DNA of 63,359 nt, the filler included, from Reclinomonas americana ATCC 50394 (Eukaryota): NCBI GenBank assembly GCA_048213135.1. It is 5 parts of 3 records of this genome, joined end to end, with 100 filler letters (N's around TTAATTAATTAA, not from the genome) between each part and the next. Parts side by side here need not be neighbours in the genome. Positions count along the whole stretch, not along the records: positions 1 to 22,215 come from PS015024.1; 4 more parts are not named here. The stretch is one strand, 5' to 3'. Shown here in pieces: positions 1 to 12,087 of the stretch. The position numbers were made by a program, and so were the translations under genes. The notes beneath the pieces were generated by a model. That model had not been told where the DNA came from. It did not search any database and was given only the letters and a program-made list of their open reading frames with translations. Each line of letters opens with the position of its first letter. Within the stretch, counting starts at the first letter, position 1.

Positions 1-23
1 GAAGGAGAAGGAGGAAGGAGAAG

Positions 24-82
24 GGGGGAAGGAACAGGGGGAAGGAACAGGGGTAAGGAACAGGGGGAAGGAACAGGGGGAA
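24..82. repeat. 13-bp purine-rich minisatellite (GGGGAAGGAACAG, about 4 copies) inside a CCT8 intron
   Basis: AAGGAACAG recurs at 29, 42, 55 and 68 (period 13). Confidence 0.8.
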
Positions 83-274
83 CGAGAAGGGAGAAAGGAG
101 AAGGGGGAAGGAACGGGGGAGAAAAGTGCAACCCGATAGAAGGGAGAGGGGATTAAGACTGATGAACAAAGGGATGCGAATGAGAGGAAGGACACCAACG
201 AGAAAGACAGGATACAAAGAGGGAACCCCCACACTCAGCCCACACCCCCTCGCTGCACTCTCACTGTCACAAAC

Positions 275-1239
275 CTGCACGCAAGCCGCCGCCACCAGTC
301 GTGTCATGTGCTCCTCGTTGCCGTACAGCTTGGACGACAGCACCGTGCGCAGAGCCAGCGAAGTCTGCGCCTCGTCGTGCGGGTTGTCGAGGCGAGAGGT
401 GACCAGGGCTGTGGAGACGTACAAGTCAGGAGACGAAGGCGGCGAAGGTGATGAAATGCCGCGCGTCGTCCACTCAACTGTCGAGAACCTCGAGTGCCTT
501 GGCGGCCGCGCGCTCGTAACCCTCCAGAATCTGGCTCGGGTGCAGACCCATGAGAATGAGGCCCTCGGCCAGTGACAGGAACTCGCCCGCCAGGATCACA
601 GTCAGATTGGTGCCGTCGCCGACCTGCATTCACGAGAGTGAGAAAAGAGAGAGAGATTGCAAGTGCTGTGTGCACCACGCCCGCACCTCCTCCTGCTGCG
701 ACTTGGCCGCCAGAGTCACCATCTACCACACCAGCACAGGTGAGCACGCCGCGCAGCGCAGCAGGCACCGACAACGAGAAAACACACAGACCTTGGCTGC
801 CGGGTGTACGACCTCCAGCTGCTCCATAATGGTGGCCGCGTCGTGTGTTACAAACAGCTTCTCCAAGTGGTTGATGACCATCTGCACACACTGCGTGAGA
901 CACCACAACACGCACAACAACAACCACAGACACAAGTCTCAAGACCTTGTTCATGCCTGGGTGATGCACAAGTCAGCAACACAAACTGCACATCAATAGA
1001 GAGAGAGAAAAGAGGCACTCACCATTGGGGCCCAACGATGTGCGTGTGATAGTGCACAGGTTGCGCACAGCCTCTGCGCAGAGAGCACACGCGTGAGTGA
1101 GTGATCCCGAGTGGACAACTCACTCTCACAGAGAAGATAAACACAAACCAATGTTGCGCAGAACGGCCTCATCGACGCCACTCAAGTGCTTGACACCCTC
1201 CTTGAGGAGGCTGCCGAGGGTTCCACTCATGAACGACAT
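275..1239 (-). CDS. CCT8: T-complex protein 1 subunit theta (chaperonin), 5' part; continues past the window start
   Basis: Exons 1239-1149, 1073-1023, 956-946 (11 nt), 881-792, 722-687, 623-479 and 408-275 give LLKEGVKHLSGVDEAVLRNI...TSLGPNGMNKMVINHLEKLFVTHDAATIMEQLEVVHPAAK...QQEEVGDGTNL...SSKLYGNE, matching the CCT-theta N-terminus. All introns are GT-AG. Confidence 0.95.
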
Positions 1240-1764
1240 TTCTTCTTCTCTGTGTGTGAAGAGTGAGTGAGGACATTGCCACACAACACAACAATGTGCA
1301 CGAGAGAAGCACGCAGTGTGCATGTGGTGCGTGATGAGTGCGCATGTGCGTGAGAGTGACAGTACATGCATCGTCCTCGTGTGTGTGTGTGTGCAAGAGT
1401 GTGGGAGGAGGCATGGTGGGTGCTCGAGGATGTCACCAAGAACAACGCGCGCGCCATGTCACACAACACACGCACACACGCACGCACAACTCTCCTCCGC
1501 GCACGAGTGTGTGTGCGTGACACAACAAGCAATCACACACGCACGCACACACGCAGAGATGATAGAAATGCACATGAAGAGACAACTGCCAATCCAAACA
1601 CCCAACACAAACACACACACAAACGCACACACGCACACGCAGACACACGCATGACACAGACACACACGCAAGGCAGACGCACACTCACCGCGCAACACAA
1701 CACACACACGACAACACAACAATCCATCGATCGACGATCCACCACACCACACTTCAATCCAGCC

Positions 1765-2645
1765 ATGTCATCATCGCCGCTGATGCCGCTGGAGGCCTTC
1801 CTGAGCATGGAGGCACTACGCGGCGCCGCACGACTGCCACACTACTACGTCTACGCCGATTTGATCGGTCGCAAACGCTGGGAAGACGTGCGCATTGCAC
1901 GGACAGACGATCGCGTGGTGATGGCCGCGCGCGCGCGAGCCACGGCTGATGTTACGCTCGTCGGTGTCTTTGTGTCTTGTCTCGTTGCGCGCTCACTCTC
2001 TCTTTATGCGCGTAGTTGCATGTGATTGTGCCGTTGGCGGCCTCGGCGACGGTTACACTGGCGTCGTTGGCGGCGGCGCAGGCGCGAGCGCTGGAGGACT
2101 TTGGCGCGGCCGGAGGCACAGTGATCCAGTTGGGATTGGACTCGGCGGAACCGTACTTTCCGGTGGTGCGGAAGCGCGCCAAGAAGCAGCGCAAGTGGAC
2201 GGACATTAAGCGAATGGATTTGGAGGAGGAGGCAGAAGAGGCAGAAGAGGAAGATCAAGAGGAGACGAGTGCTGCTGCTGCTGCTGTGGTGGAGAAGGAT
2301 GTTAGTGATCATGCGGCGCCGGTGGGTGTCGTGTTTGCGTTTGTCAGTGGCTCCTCCAGCATCAGCTATGTCGCGTATCGTGCGGGTTTTCCGGCACGGC
2401 ACGATGCGCATGTCGTTGAGCAGCGGAAGAGAGTGGTGGGGGAGAGTGCGGCGGCCGGGCGTGGTCGGGCGGGGGGCAGGCAGCAGAGGCAGCGGGAGGG
2501 GAGGAGGCAGAGGGGGGTGGAGGAGGGGGCAAAGGTGGTGGAGGAGGAAGGGGCGAAGGTGGAGGATGCGGCTCCGGAAGTGGTGGCTGGGAGTGAGGAG
2601 GTGGTGGAGGCGAAGGCAGAGGTGGGGGAGACGGATGCTGTATGA
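1765..2645 (+). CDS. TSEN15: tRNA-splicing endonuclease subunit Sen15-like protein with an acidic insertion and C-terminal tail
   Basis: Exons 1765-1950 and 2016-2645. The blocks YYVYADLIGRKRWEDVRI, HVIVPLAASATVTL and VVFAFVSGSSSISYVAYRAGF occur in the order recalled for Sen15. Confidence 0.55.
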
Positions 2646-4216
2646 TTGTAAGTTGCATGATTGTTTATGTGGAGAAGAAGGGTTGTGACGCTTTGTGGAA
2701 GCACCTTGTCGAAGTCGGGACTTGCTTCGTTGATCACTGCAATCGGACTCCATCGCCGCGGGATTCCATCGCTGTCACGCTGCTGCGCTGCGCACTACAT
2801 CTGCTGCCACCTCTGCAGCACGGCGCCGTGCTTCATCGAATATTGACCAACCAATCCAGTTTTCTGAATCCGTTCACCTCCATTTATTTCACCTCCCACA
2901 CACACACGCCATCACCATCACACCACCCTCTCCTCCCACACCCCGCTCCATCCATTACCAATGCCCTCCCACAGCCCCCCTCGATATCACAAAACAGACC
3001 GCGATGCGTCTCGGTGACACCGCACAATCACCGGCCCCCATCACCCAATCTCCAAGGCATCAAGCAGAGCGCGCGCTCATACTCCACAGCGCACACCACC
3101 ACGCGCGTGGGCACACACACACAGACATCGACAAACCGTGAGTGCCTCTTCAACCTCACACATTCCTCTCTCTCTCCCCTCTCTCAAATGCACTCATTAC
3201 AGTCGTGTTGTCTCTCGCTCTCCCTCTCTCTGACTGGCTGCGCCCCCACCAGTCGTGCATTCGACAGCACACAGGCAAGCCCGCACACAAGCTGGTGAGT
3301 GACAGTGCGAGTGAGAGAGAGGCAGGCATGTCAGTTCACACTCGCGCGCGCGCATTAGTAATGTGCACCATCAATCGAAAAATCTATTGATCTTCTGTGT
3401 GTGCATGTGCATGTGAAAGAGAGAGAGGAAAAGCAAAGAGTGCACACAGAGAGACAGTCGCTGTGTGTGTGTTTGTGTCAGAGGGAACGTTTTTGACCCT
3501 TGCTGTTCTTTCGCGTTGTTCCAATTGGCACCGTTCGCTTTTTTCTTTCCTTTTTTTCTTCTCTTGCTTCTCGCGCGCGAACAGCACACGCACTCCACGC
3601 TCTCTCGCGCAGACACGAGCAGGTTTGTGTTGCGCTTCTCGTTTCCCTCTTCCTGCGTGGTGTATGCTGTCGTGTACGAAAACACCTGTTTCATTCTCGC
3701 ACACTCGCACACTCGCACATCTCCTTCTCTCTCTCACCCACTCATGCATTGTTCCTGTGTCTCCTTTGTGTGTGCGTGCTCGTGTGTGCGCGTGTGTGTG
3801 GTGTGTCTGCGTTCGTCGTACGTGGGGCATGCCGCGCCTCCCCGCACAAAAATTTTCGTGCATCAGTGTGCAAGTCCACAACAAGCCGTGTGTTCGATTT
3901 TGTGTGTCTCTCTCTCTGTCGCGGTGCTCCATTGTGCACCCCCGTGTGTCGTTGTCGTTGGCCCTCATGCACTTGATCACCACCATGAGAGATACAGAAA
4001 TTTTTCCCTTTTTTCTTTTCGTGATCCCCTTTCTTTCACGCTCTTCAGTGACGAGAGGTGGGGTCGCGTTTTTCGCTAATTGCTGTTGTTGCTGACGTGG
4101 TCACATCTCGCTCTCCCTCTCTTCTCCCTCCTTCCAGGCTTCCAACCCAATTTCGTGTCGTCGCGCACGCACACAGCACACGCAAGCAAGCACCGTTACC
4201 GTGATCGATTCGTACG

Positions 4217-6871
4217 ATGCACAAGCCGGGAGGCAGTGCCGCCTCGCCGGTGCGACCAGGTAACGTGTTTATGAGTTGGTGCTGTATCTGTCTATCTTTG
4301 CCTCTCCCTGTCTCTGTCTGTGTGTGTCTCTGTCGTCGTTTATTGCATGCTGGGCGTGAGGAAATGTGCTGCATCTTGTGATTGCCTTCTGAGGTGGTGT
4401 CTTTTCGCAAACTTGTTTGCCGCGACGGTGTAACTTCTCGCACTCTGGTTGCCGGTGACACTGGGCATGGATGCCACTCGTGTACTCATTCTGTACCTCT
4501 GCGGTGTGTTTCACGCAGGCAATGTCGGCTCGCGGAGTGATACTTCCGCTTCGGGCCAGGTTGGTCTTGTTGATTATCCTGGTTGCCAAGTGTGCTTGTT
4601 TCCGGTCTCATCGATGCACATGCACGCGCAGGCAAGAGCGCCGCAGTCGCGTTTGTTTTCGACCTACGGCCTGGACCAGACGTCTTCTGCCTCCGCCTCG
4701 CCACCACCTGCTGGTGAAGGTGTGTTTATTTGTACAAAGTTGTGCAAGTGCGGGAGACATTGCTCCTCTGCGACCTCACTCTTCCTCTTGTCACCGCAGT
4801 ACGACGCCGCCCTGCCCCAGTACCCACGCAGTTGCGTCTGCAGTTTCCTTGTATGTGTGTGCGTGCGTCTTGGTTTTTCCTCGCTCATTTTTGCAACGGT
4901 CACACCCGCAGTCTTGGTGAGCTGCGCAGCGGCCGCGCAAAACGGCCACTTGGCGTTTGCGTCCGCTCCTCACCATCTCTCCCTCTTTTCTTCTTGTGCC
5001 ACAGGTCACGTGTCGTATGCAGCCGCCGGGGCCGGCCGCAGCGACTCCACGCACGGTATGTTCGCCTCGTTCGCATTTGTGTTTGCACCTTGTGTACTTT
5101 TTCTTAACCAATCGCCCCCCCGGAGCAGCCTCTTCGCCGCCATCGCCGCATGGCGCCTCGGCCGCCGCTCTCGGCCTCGACTCCACGGTGGCACTGACCC
5201 CGTCACCCGCCAATAACAAGATCACCGCCGCAGTTGCGTTTGCGGCGAATATCGAGTGCCTGCACACGGGTTGCGTCCTTTCACATGCCCTCACTCACTT
5301 GCTACTACTTGCCATGTGTCGCAGTTTCGCAGCGCGTATTTATCGGCATGCGGGCGCCAGCGGTTGGATCCCTCGCCCGAGTTGATGAAGGGCATTCGCA
5401 ACGCGATGAAGACGCACGTGCCGCTGGTGCGCCTGTCGATTTGCCACTCGTCACTGTCGGATGAGCACATTTTTGCGTTGGTCTCGGCGCTGCGCACGGA
5501 CTCGTGCATCAACGAGGTGCTGCTCAACCATGACAGCATTTCGGACCAGGTGCGTGTGTGTGTGCGTGTGTGATTCGTATGACTTGTGTGGTGAGATTTC
5601 GCGTGACCGACCTTTGCGTGCAGGGCGCGTCCATGATTGCCGAGATGCTATCGCATCGACCGAGCATTCAGAGCGTGGAGCTCTTTGGCAACTGTCTGAG
5701 TTGCGCTTCACAACTCCACAGCCACGTATGTTTTCGTTTGAGCACCATCCTCACACACATTGTCGTGTGCCGCAGCCGATGTGTGCTGCCGCGATTTTGC
5801 CGACATGTTGGCGACGAATCGCACGCTGAGACGCCTGAAGCTGGGCGACAATTCAATCGGGCCCAATGGTGCCGCGCTGCTGAGCGACGGCCTCTCGCAG
5901 AACCGCACGCTGACACAGCTGCATCTCGGTGGCAACAAGATCCGTGTCGAGGGTCTTGATCACATTGGTGTGTGTTTTCACGCACTTGCTTGTATTTTGG
6001 ATGTCGTGGTCTCATTTCCATGGCATCACAGCCACCGCTTTGCGCGGCAACAATGTGCTCACGTCGCTCGGTCTGCGCGACAATGATGTGGGGCCGGAGG
6101 GCATGCGCAGCCTGGCTGAGACGCTGAAAGATCGCGGGTGTGCGCTCTCCGATATTCAACTAAAGGGCAACAACATTGCCGCCGATGGTGAGCGTGGTCG
6201 TGTACATGTGTCTGTTTTATTCTACTCTTCTTTCTCTCTCTCTCTCTCTCAAGTCACTTCTTCCCTCTTCTTTCACTCTGCTGCGATTCTCGTTTCTCTC
6301 ATCTGCGTCTTGTCGTTGTGTCTCCCCTCAATTACTCCTTCATCGTTCTCGTTGCATTTTGTTCGTTGCTTTAGTTTGAACGTCTCAATTCGCACATTCT
6401 CTTGTCTCTCTTGTTCTTTTGTTTTGTGACGCCAGTCCTCTCTTGTCTCCCCGATCCGTCTATTTTTCACGTCTCTGCGATTTCTCACTTCTTCTAATTC
6501 GCTGGTTTGTTTCGCTTCTCACCTCGTGCATCCACATCTCACTTCTTCATTGTCTCTTTCTCTTTATTTCCTTCTCTCTTCCTCTTTCTCACTTTTCCTT
6601 CTCTCCATTCTTCTGCCCCCCTTCACCCCTTCCCCCTTTCCTTTCCCCTTCACCCTCCCAGGCGCCGCCCTCCTGGCCTCGGCACTGGAGCACAATCAGA
6701 GCCTGAAGGTGCTCGAATTGCAAAACAACTCAATCGGCGCCGTGGGCTGCAAGGCGCTGTGTTCGGCTCTGGTCAACAACCGCAGCGTGCACGCTCTCAA
6801 TTTCAATGACAATGACCTCGGCGACGACGGCGCCGAGGCCGTTGGCTGGCTGTTGCAGGTTAACACCTGCA
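4217..6871 (+). CDS. Ribonuclease-inhibitor-type leucine-rich repeat protein; N-terminal exons uncertain; interrupted by a gap
   Basis: Exons from 5325 give about 28-aa repeats such as NRTLRRLKLGDNSIGPNGAALLSDGL, NRTLTQLHLGGNKIRVEG, NNVLTSLGLRDNDVGPEG and NQSLKVLELQNNSIGAVG. The start at 4217 is tentative. Confidence 0.85.
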
Positions 6872-7748
6872 NNNNNNNNNNNNNNNNNNNNNNNNNNNNN
6901 NNNNNNNNNNNNNNNNNNNNNNNNNNNNNNNNNNNNNNNNNNNNNNNNNNNNNNNNNNNNNNNNNNNNNNNNNNNNNNNNNNNNNNNNNNNNNNNNNNNN
7001 NNNNNNNNNNNNNNNNNNNNNNNNNNNNNNNNNNNNNNNNNNNNNNNNNNNNNNNNNNNNNNNNNNNNNNNNNNNNNNNNNNNNNNNNNNNNNNNNNNNN
7101 NNNNNNNNNNNNNNNNNNNNNNNNNNNNNNNNNNNNNNNNNNNNNNNNNNNNNNNNNNNNNNNNNNNNNNNNNNNNNNNNNNNNNNNNNNNNNNNNNNNN
7201 NNNNNNNNNNNNNNNNNNNNNNNNNNNNNNNNNNNNNNNNNNNNNNNNNNNNNNNNNNNNNNNNNNNNNNNNNNNNNNNNNNNNNNNNNNNNNNNNNNNN
7301 NNNNNNNNNNNNNNNNNNNNNNNNNNNNNNNNNNNNNNNNNNNNNNNNNNNNNNNNNNNNNNNNNNNNNNNNNNNNNNNNNNNNNNNNNNNNNNNNNNNN
7401 NNNNNNNNNNNNNNNNNNNNNNNNNNNNNNNNNNNNNNNNNNNNNNNNNNNNNNNNNNNNNNNNNNNNNNNNNNNNNNNNNNNNNNNNNNNNNNNNNNNN
7501 NNNNNNNNNNNNNNNNNNNNNNNNNNNNNNNNNNNNNNNNNNNNNNNNNNNNNNNNNNNNNNNNNNNNNNNNNNNNNNNNNNNNNNNNNNNNNNNNNNNN
7601 NNNNNNNNNNNNNNNNNNNNNNNNNNNNNNNNNNNNNNNNNNNNNNNNNNNNNNNNNNNNNNNNNNNNNNNNNNNNNNNNNNNNNNNTTTGCCTTCACCC
7701 CACCCCTTGTGTCAGCTTTCATTTCTCCTGTTGACCCTCTCCACGCAG

Positions 7749-9921
7749 CATGCCGCTCTTTGACCCGAACGCCACGTTTGCCAGCTCCACTGCCACCTCG
7801 CCGAGTGCGACTCCACGTGGCAGTCAGAGCAGCACGCCCGCCATTCCCGAGTGCGACTACACCGACAGTGGCAACTCGGCCGTCAACGCCGATGGCTATC
7901 CCACCTCTGGCAGCTCGTCTGGCCGCTTCTCGCCCGTCGACCCCTACCTTGGTGGCCTGGGCACAGCCAGTGGCGGCATCGGTGCCATGGGAACGGCGCT
8001 CGCGGACGACGGACTGCGTGGATCGTCGTCGGCGTTTGGCGGCAGTGGCCTGCTGCCGGGCAACAGCAACGGCTCTTACGGCAACATGGCGGCGGGCAAC
8101 GGCAGCGGCGGCATTGTGGCAGGATTCCCCGGTTCGTCGGGTATCGGTGGCCTTAACGGCCGCTTCCCCGACTGGTTCCAGTCTCCGGAGGCCTCGTTGG
8201 AGACGGTCGACGTGGTGATGCTGGATGCCACACTGACGCACCTGTTTTCGAATCAAATGCTGCGTGCGGAGAACCCCAAGTTCCCCGGCTCGTTCTTCAT
8301 CGGCAATGTGATGAACACGCTGCGAAAACACCTGCCGCTGCTCGACATTAGTTTGCAGCAAGTTGCGTTTTGCACAGAAGAAGATGAGCTATTGCTGTCT
8401 TCTTGTACTCACACTTTCCCTTCCCGTCCTCCAGCTGGCACGCTTTGCGTACGAGAGCCCCAAGTACCACGTGCATCTGTCGGCTGAATTGGTCAAGACA
8501 CAAATCAAGTACGTGGGCAAGCAGCATCGCGGCGCCTTTGCGCCGCACATGTCCATGCCTCCGGGCGGCATGCCGTCTGCGGGAGCTGGTACCATTGGCC
8601 AGCAACAACAACAACAGCAGCAGCAGCAGCAGCAGCAACAAATGCCAGGTGGTGCCGGCCGTGCTGGTGCTGGTGGCATGATGCGTGCGCCCGGCGGATT
8701 TGCTGCTGCTCCCGGCAGCAGCAACGGTTCTGGACGCGGTCTGCAGCCGCCCTCTGCAGTCGAGGAGTTCCGTCCTCGGCAAGTGACTGGCGCACCGGTA
8801 CGTGTGTGTGTTCTTTGCCATTCGCTGGTGCATCCGTACCTGACGATTGTTGTGGCAGTCGTATGCGCAGTACGCGAGTGGAATGATGCCGTACGCCACA
8901 TCTGCCTATCAGATGCAGCAGCAGCAGCAACCTGCTGCACATGCGCATGGGCATCACTATGCGCCCAACGGTCGCATGGATGCGCCGTATTATGGTGGCC
9001 CGAGTGCCGGCAGCATGCGTTACGGGCCACCGATTCAGCAGCAGCAGCACCAAGGACGTGGTGCGCCGCGTGCCGCCGCCGACTACATTCCACAGCAGTT
9101 CCAACACGACTTGCCACCCGGCTACGGAATGATGGGTGGCAATGGTGGTGGTGGTGGCGCGTCAGCCGCACCGTACTATGCACCGGCGTCGCATGATGGT
9201 GCGAAGTGCTGTGTAGTGCTTCCTTCTCTATTCGGCTGTCTGCTCACCGTGTTGGTTGCAGCGTCGTCGTATGGGACGCACGCGTATGGTCGTCATGGAA
9301 GTGGTGAGTACCAGGTGCCCAGCGGCACCTGGTCGAACGGACCCTCAGCGCTTCCATTCTCGGTGCCGCAGCCGCAGTCGTCCGCATTTGCGCCGTCACC
9401 GGTTCGTTTTCCCGGCCCTGGTCTCACTTTCGTTCTCTCCGTGGTGGTCGATTTGTTGACCACTGGTTTCCATTTTGCGCAGTCGTCGGACGCACTGTCG
9501 CCGTGGGGCACGCCAGCACCACTGCAGGAGTACGCCAGTTGGACCGGCGGCAGCGGCCCAAGCGGGCGTGAGTCCTCAGGTGAAAACCCTCATCTGCTGC
9601 TCTCGGCCCGCTCGGTTGGCGCAGCAGTCGCGGGTGGATCGTCGGCGGCGTCGTCGGCAGTCTCCTCCGCCACCTCCACGCCCTTCAGCTCCTTTGGCTC
9701 CACTCTCTATTCGTTCCCGCCAGGTTTGCGTTTCCCTCCCCGTTTCCGATTTTCATGGATCGCCAACTGACTTGTGTCCCCCCGCAGTTTCCGAGAGCGG
9801 CGGCAATGGAGGCGGCAGCACCAATGGACACGGTGCGAGTGGATCGGCAACAACAGCCGCCGCCAGCAGCGGCGCTCCTCCCGATCTCATGGACATGCTC
9901 CGCTTCATTGATCATCAGTGA
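7749..9921 (+). CDS. Low-complexity G/S- and Q/P/Y-rich region with one small globular domain; probably the C-terminal half of the LRR gene
   Basis: Acceptor ends at 7748, followed by several GT-AG introns, polyQ at about 8600-8643 and a TGA stop at 9919-9921. The link to the LRR exons across gap 6872-7687 is inferred. Confidence 0.6.
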
Positions 9922-10527
9922 CCGGTCGCGATCCCGGGCCACGTCCATCTGTTATCTCTTATCTCAATCTTATTCGTTGGCTGCCAACTGGCCAGCCATA
10001 CTCTTCAAATCAAATCCTCCACCTCCCACTGTGAAATGAAGCACTGCTGGTGTGTTTACGAGGTCGCCGGGTTTCGTCGGTTGACAGGTTTTTGTTCATC
10101 ACATTTTTGTGTGTGGTTCGTGCACGAGCTTCACCAGCCAACTCCCGTTTCCACACTCCCCAACCGACGACTCTTCCTGTCGCTCCACACACACACTCTC
10201 TCTCATTGCACACTCTATGTGTGTGTGTGTGTCTCTGTCATGAGTGTTCGCTTTGCTCTCGTGACATCATGTTGAAATGTTCTTTGAGGATCCACACATG
10301 CTCTTGCTTTGCTCTGCTCTGCACTCAATCGCTCTCTTGCGTCGCGTGTGGATGGCGTGAGTGGCGTGTGCGTGTGTGTGTACATTTCGCGCTCTTTCAA
10401 ACCCCGTGACATGGCCACTCTCTCTCTGCCTCTCTTCGTGTTCCTCATGAAGACCACTCACTCTCTACGATGTGTGTGTGTGCGCAGTGTGTGTGTGTGA
10501 CTTTGGTTATTCTTCTTCTTCATCACA

Positions 10528-11822
10528 ATGAGGCTTCGAGCGGGAATGCATGGTGCCCAGGTAAGCCTTGCGCGCGCGCTCTCTCTCTCTCTTCCCTCTC
10601 TCTCTCTTCAGTGAATGACACTGATGTGTGTTTGTGCGTGTGTGACAGGGCTGGCGACCGACCATGGAAGACGAGGAGATTTGCGAGTTGGAGCTCAACA
10701 GGGCCTTCAACCTGTCGGGCTTTCCGGAGCCACACGCCTTCTTCGCCGTTCTCGATGGTCACTGTGGCAACATGGTGCGTGTGTGTGTCATGTCTCCACG
10801 TGTGTGTGTCCACTTCACCGTCTGACAAGATGACGACAGACCTCGAGGTACGCTCGCGATCACCTGGCGAAGAATGTGGCCAGCCACCCGTTCTTTGGCA
10901 GTTGTGTTCTCTTGCTGCTGCTCCTGATAATGATGATCTCGGTGGTGATGCTCACCCCACTTTCCGTGTGACGCACAGTCGACGCCCGACAGGCGTTCAT
11001 CAGCGGGTTCCAGAAGACCGACGAGGAGCTGCGTGCGGTGGAGGAGACCGAGTCGGGTTCCACCTGCTGCAGCGTGCTCATTCGGTGCGGTGATCGCGCA
11101 GCTGGTCGTTTTTCGATTCTCGTCCGCGCTCACATCTGCTTTTTGTGCTGCAGTGGCGATGAGGTGTTTTGCGCCAACTTGGGCGACAGCCGTGCCGTGC
11201 TGTGCGAGGATGGCTCGGCTGTGGCGCTGAGCGTCGATCACAAGCCGGACGAGTTGCGTCTTATATCTCCAAGCTCCGTTGGCGTCCACAGCTGGCTCAT
11301 ATTCTTGTGTGTGTGAAACAGTTCGTCGGAGAAGAGGCGCATTGAGGACCTCGGTGGTTTCGTGGAGATGGGCCGTGTGAACGGCATTCTCGCCGTGAGG
11401 TGTGCCGACCCGCCATGTGTACACAATTCTATGGTGTGTCATGGATTCGCTCACTGTGTTGCTGGCTAGCCGCGCGTTTGGCGACTTTGAGTACAAGCAG
11501 AATGGCAAGATGATGGTCGAGTGCACACCCGAGGTGGAGAGCCGCACCCTCGGCCCGTACTCCGAGTTCATCATCATTGCCTGCGACGGGTGTGTAGCAG
11601 TACTTTGTCTGTGTACTGCCTGTAGCTCGGCACTCAAACAATTCGCTGGACAGATTGTGGGACGTGATGTCGAACAGCGAGGCTGTCGGACGCGTCAGCG
11701 ACAAGCTGAAGGAGGGACTGGAGCTGAACGACATTGCCGAGTGGCTGTGCAAGGAGGCCATCAAGATGGGAAGCACCGACAATGTGTCAGCCATCATTAT
11801 TGTGCTCGACCACAGCGCCTGA
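10528..11822 (+). CDS. Protein phosphatase 2C (PPM family)
   Basis: Spliced product contains QGWRPTMED, FFAVLDGHCG, SGSTC, CANLGDSRAVL, LSVDHKP, GRVNGILAVSRAFGD, IIACDGLWDV and GSTDNVS. Confidence 0.95.
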
Positions 11823-12087
11823 GCTGTTGATGATCGGCTCGGCTGTTGTTCTTCTCTTCCGCTCTGGCTTCTCTTTTCGTTATCCCCCCACACACACACT
11901 AATCACACACATACACGCCCACCCACATGTCGCTTCCTCACGGCTTCTTTCTGTTCTCCTCCTCCTCGTCCGCCGCCAGCAAGCACAGTTATCATGGTGG
12001 TTGGAGGGGTGGGAGAAATAAACTGTTGCGACTTGCAGCATGGGTGTTTGTATTTTTTACTGTTCTCTTTGAGAAGCGTGCGAGATG

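Noticed and set aside
1240-1764. CA/GT-rich tracts giving THTH/CVCV ORFs here and throughout
   Set aside because: These are degenerate microsatellite sequences of introns and spacers with no coding support.
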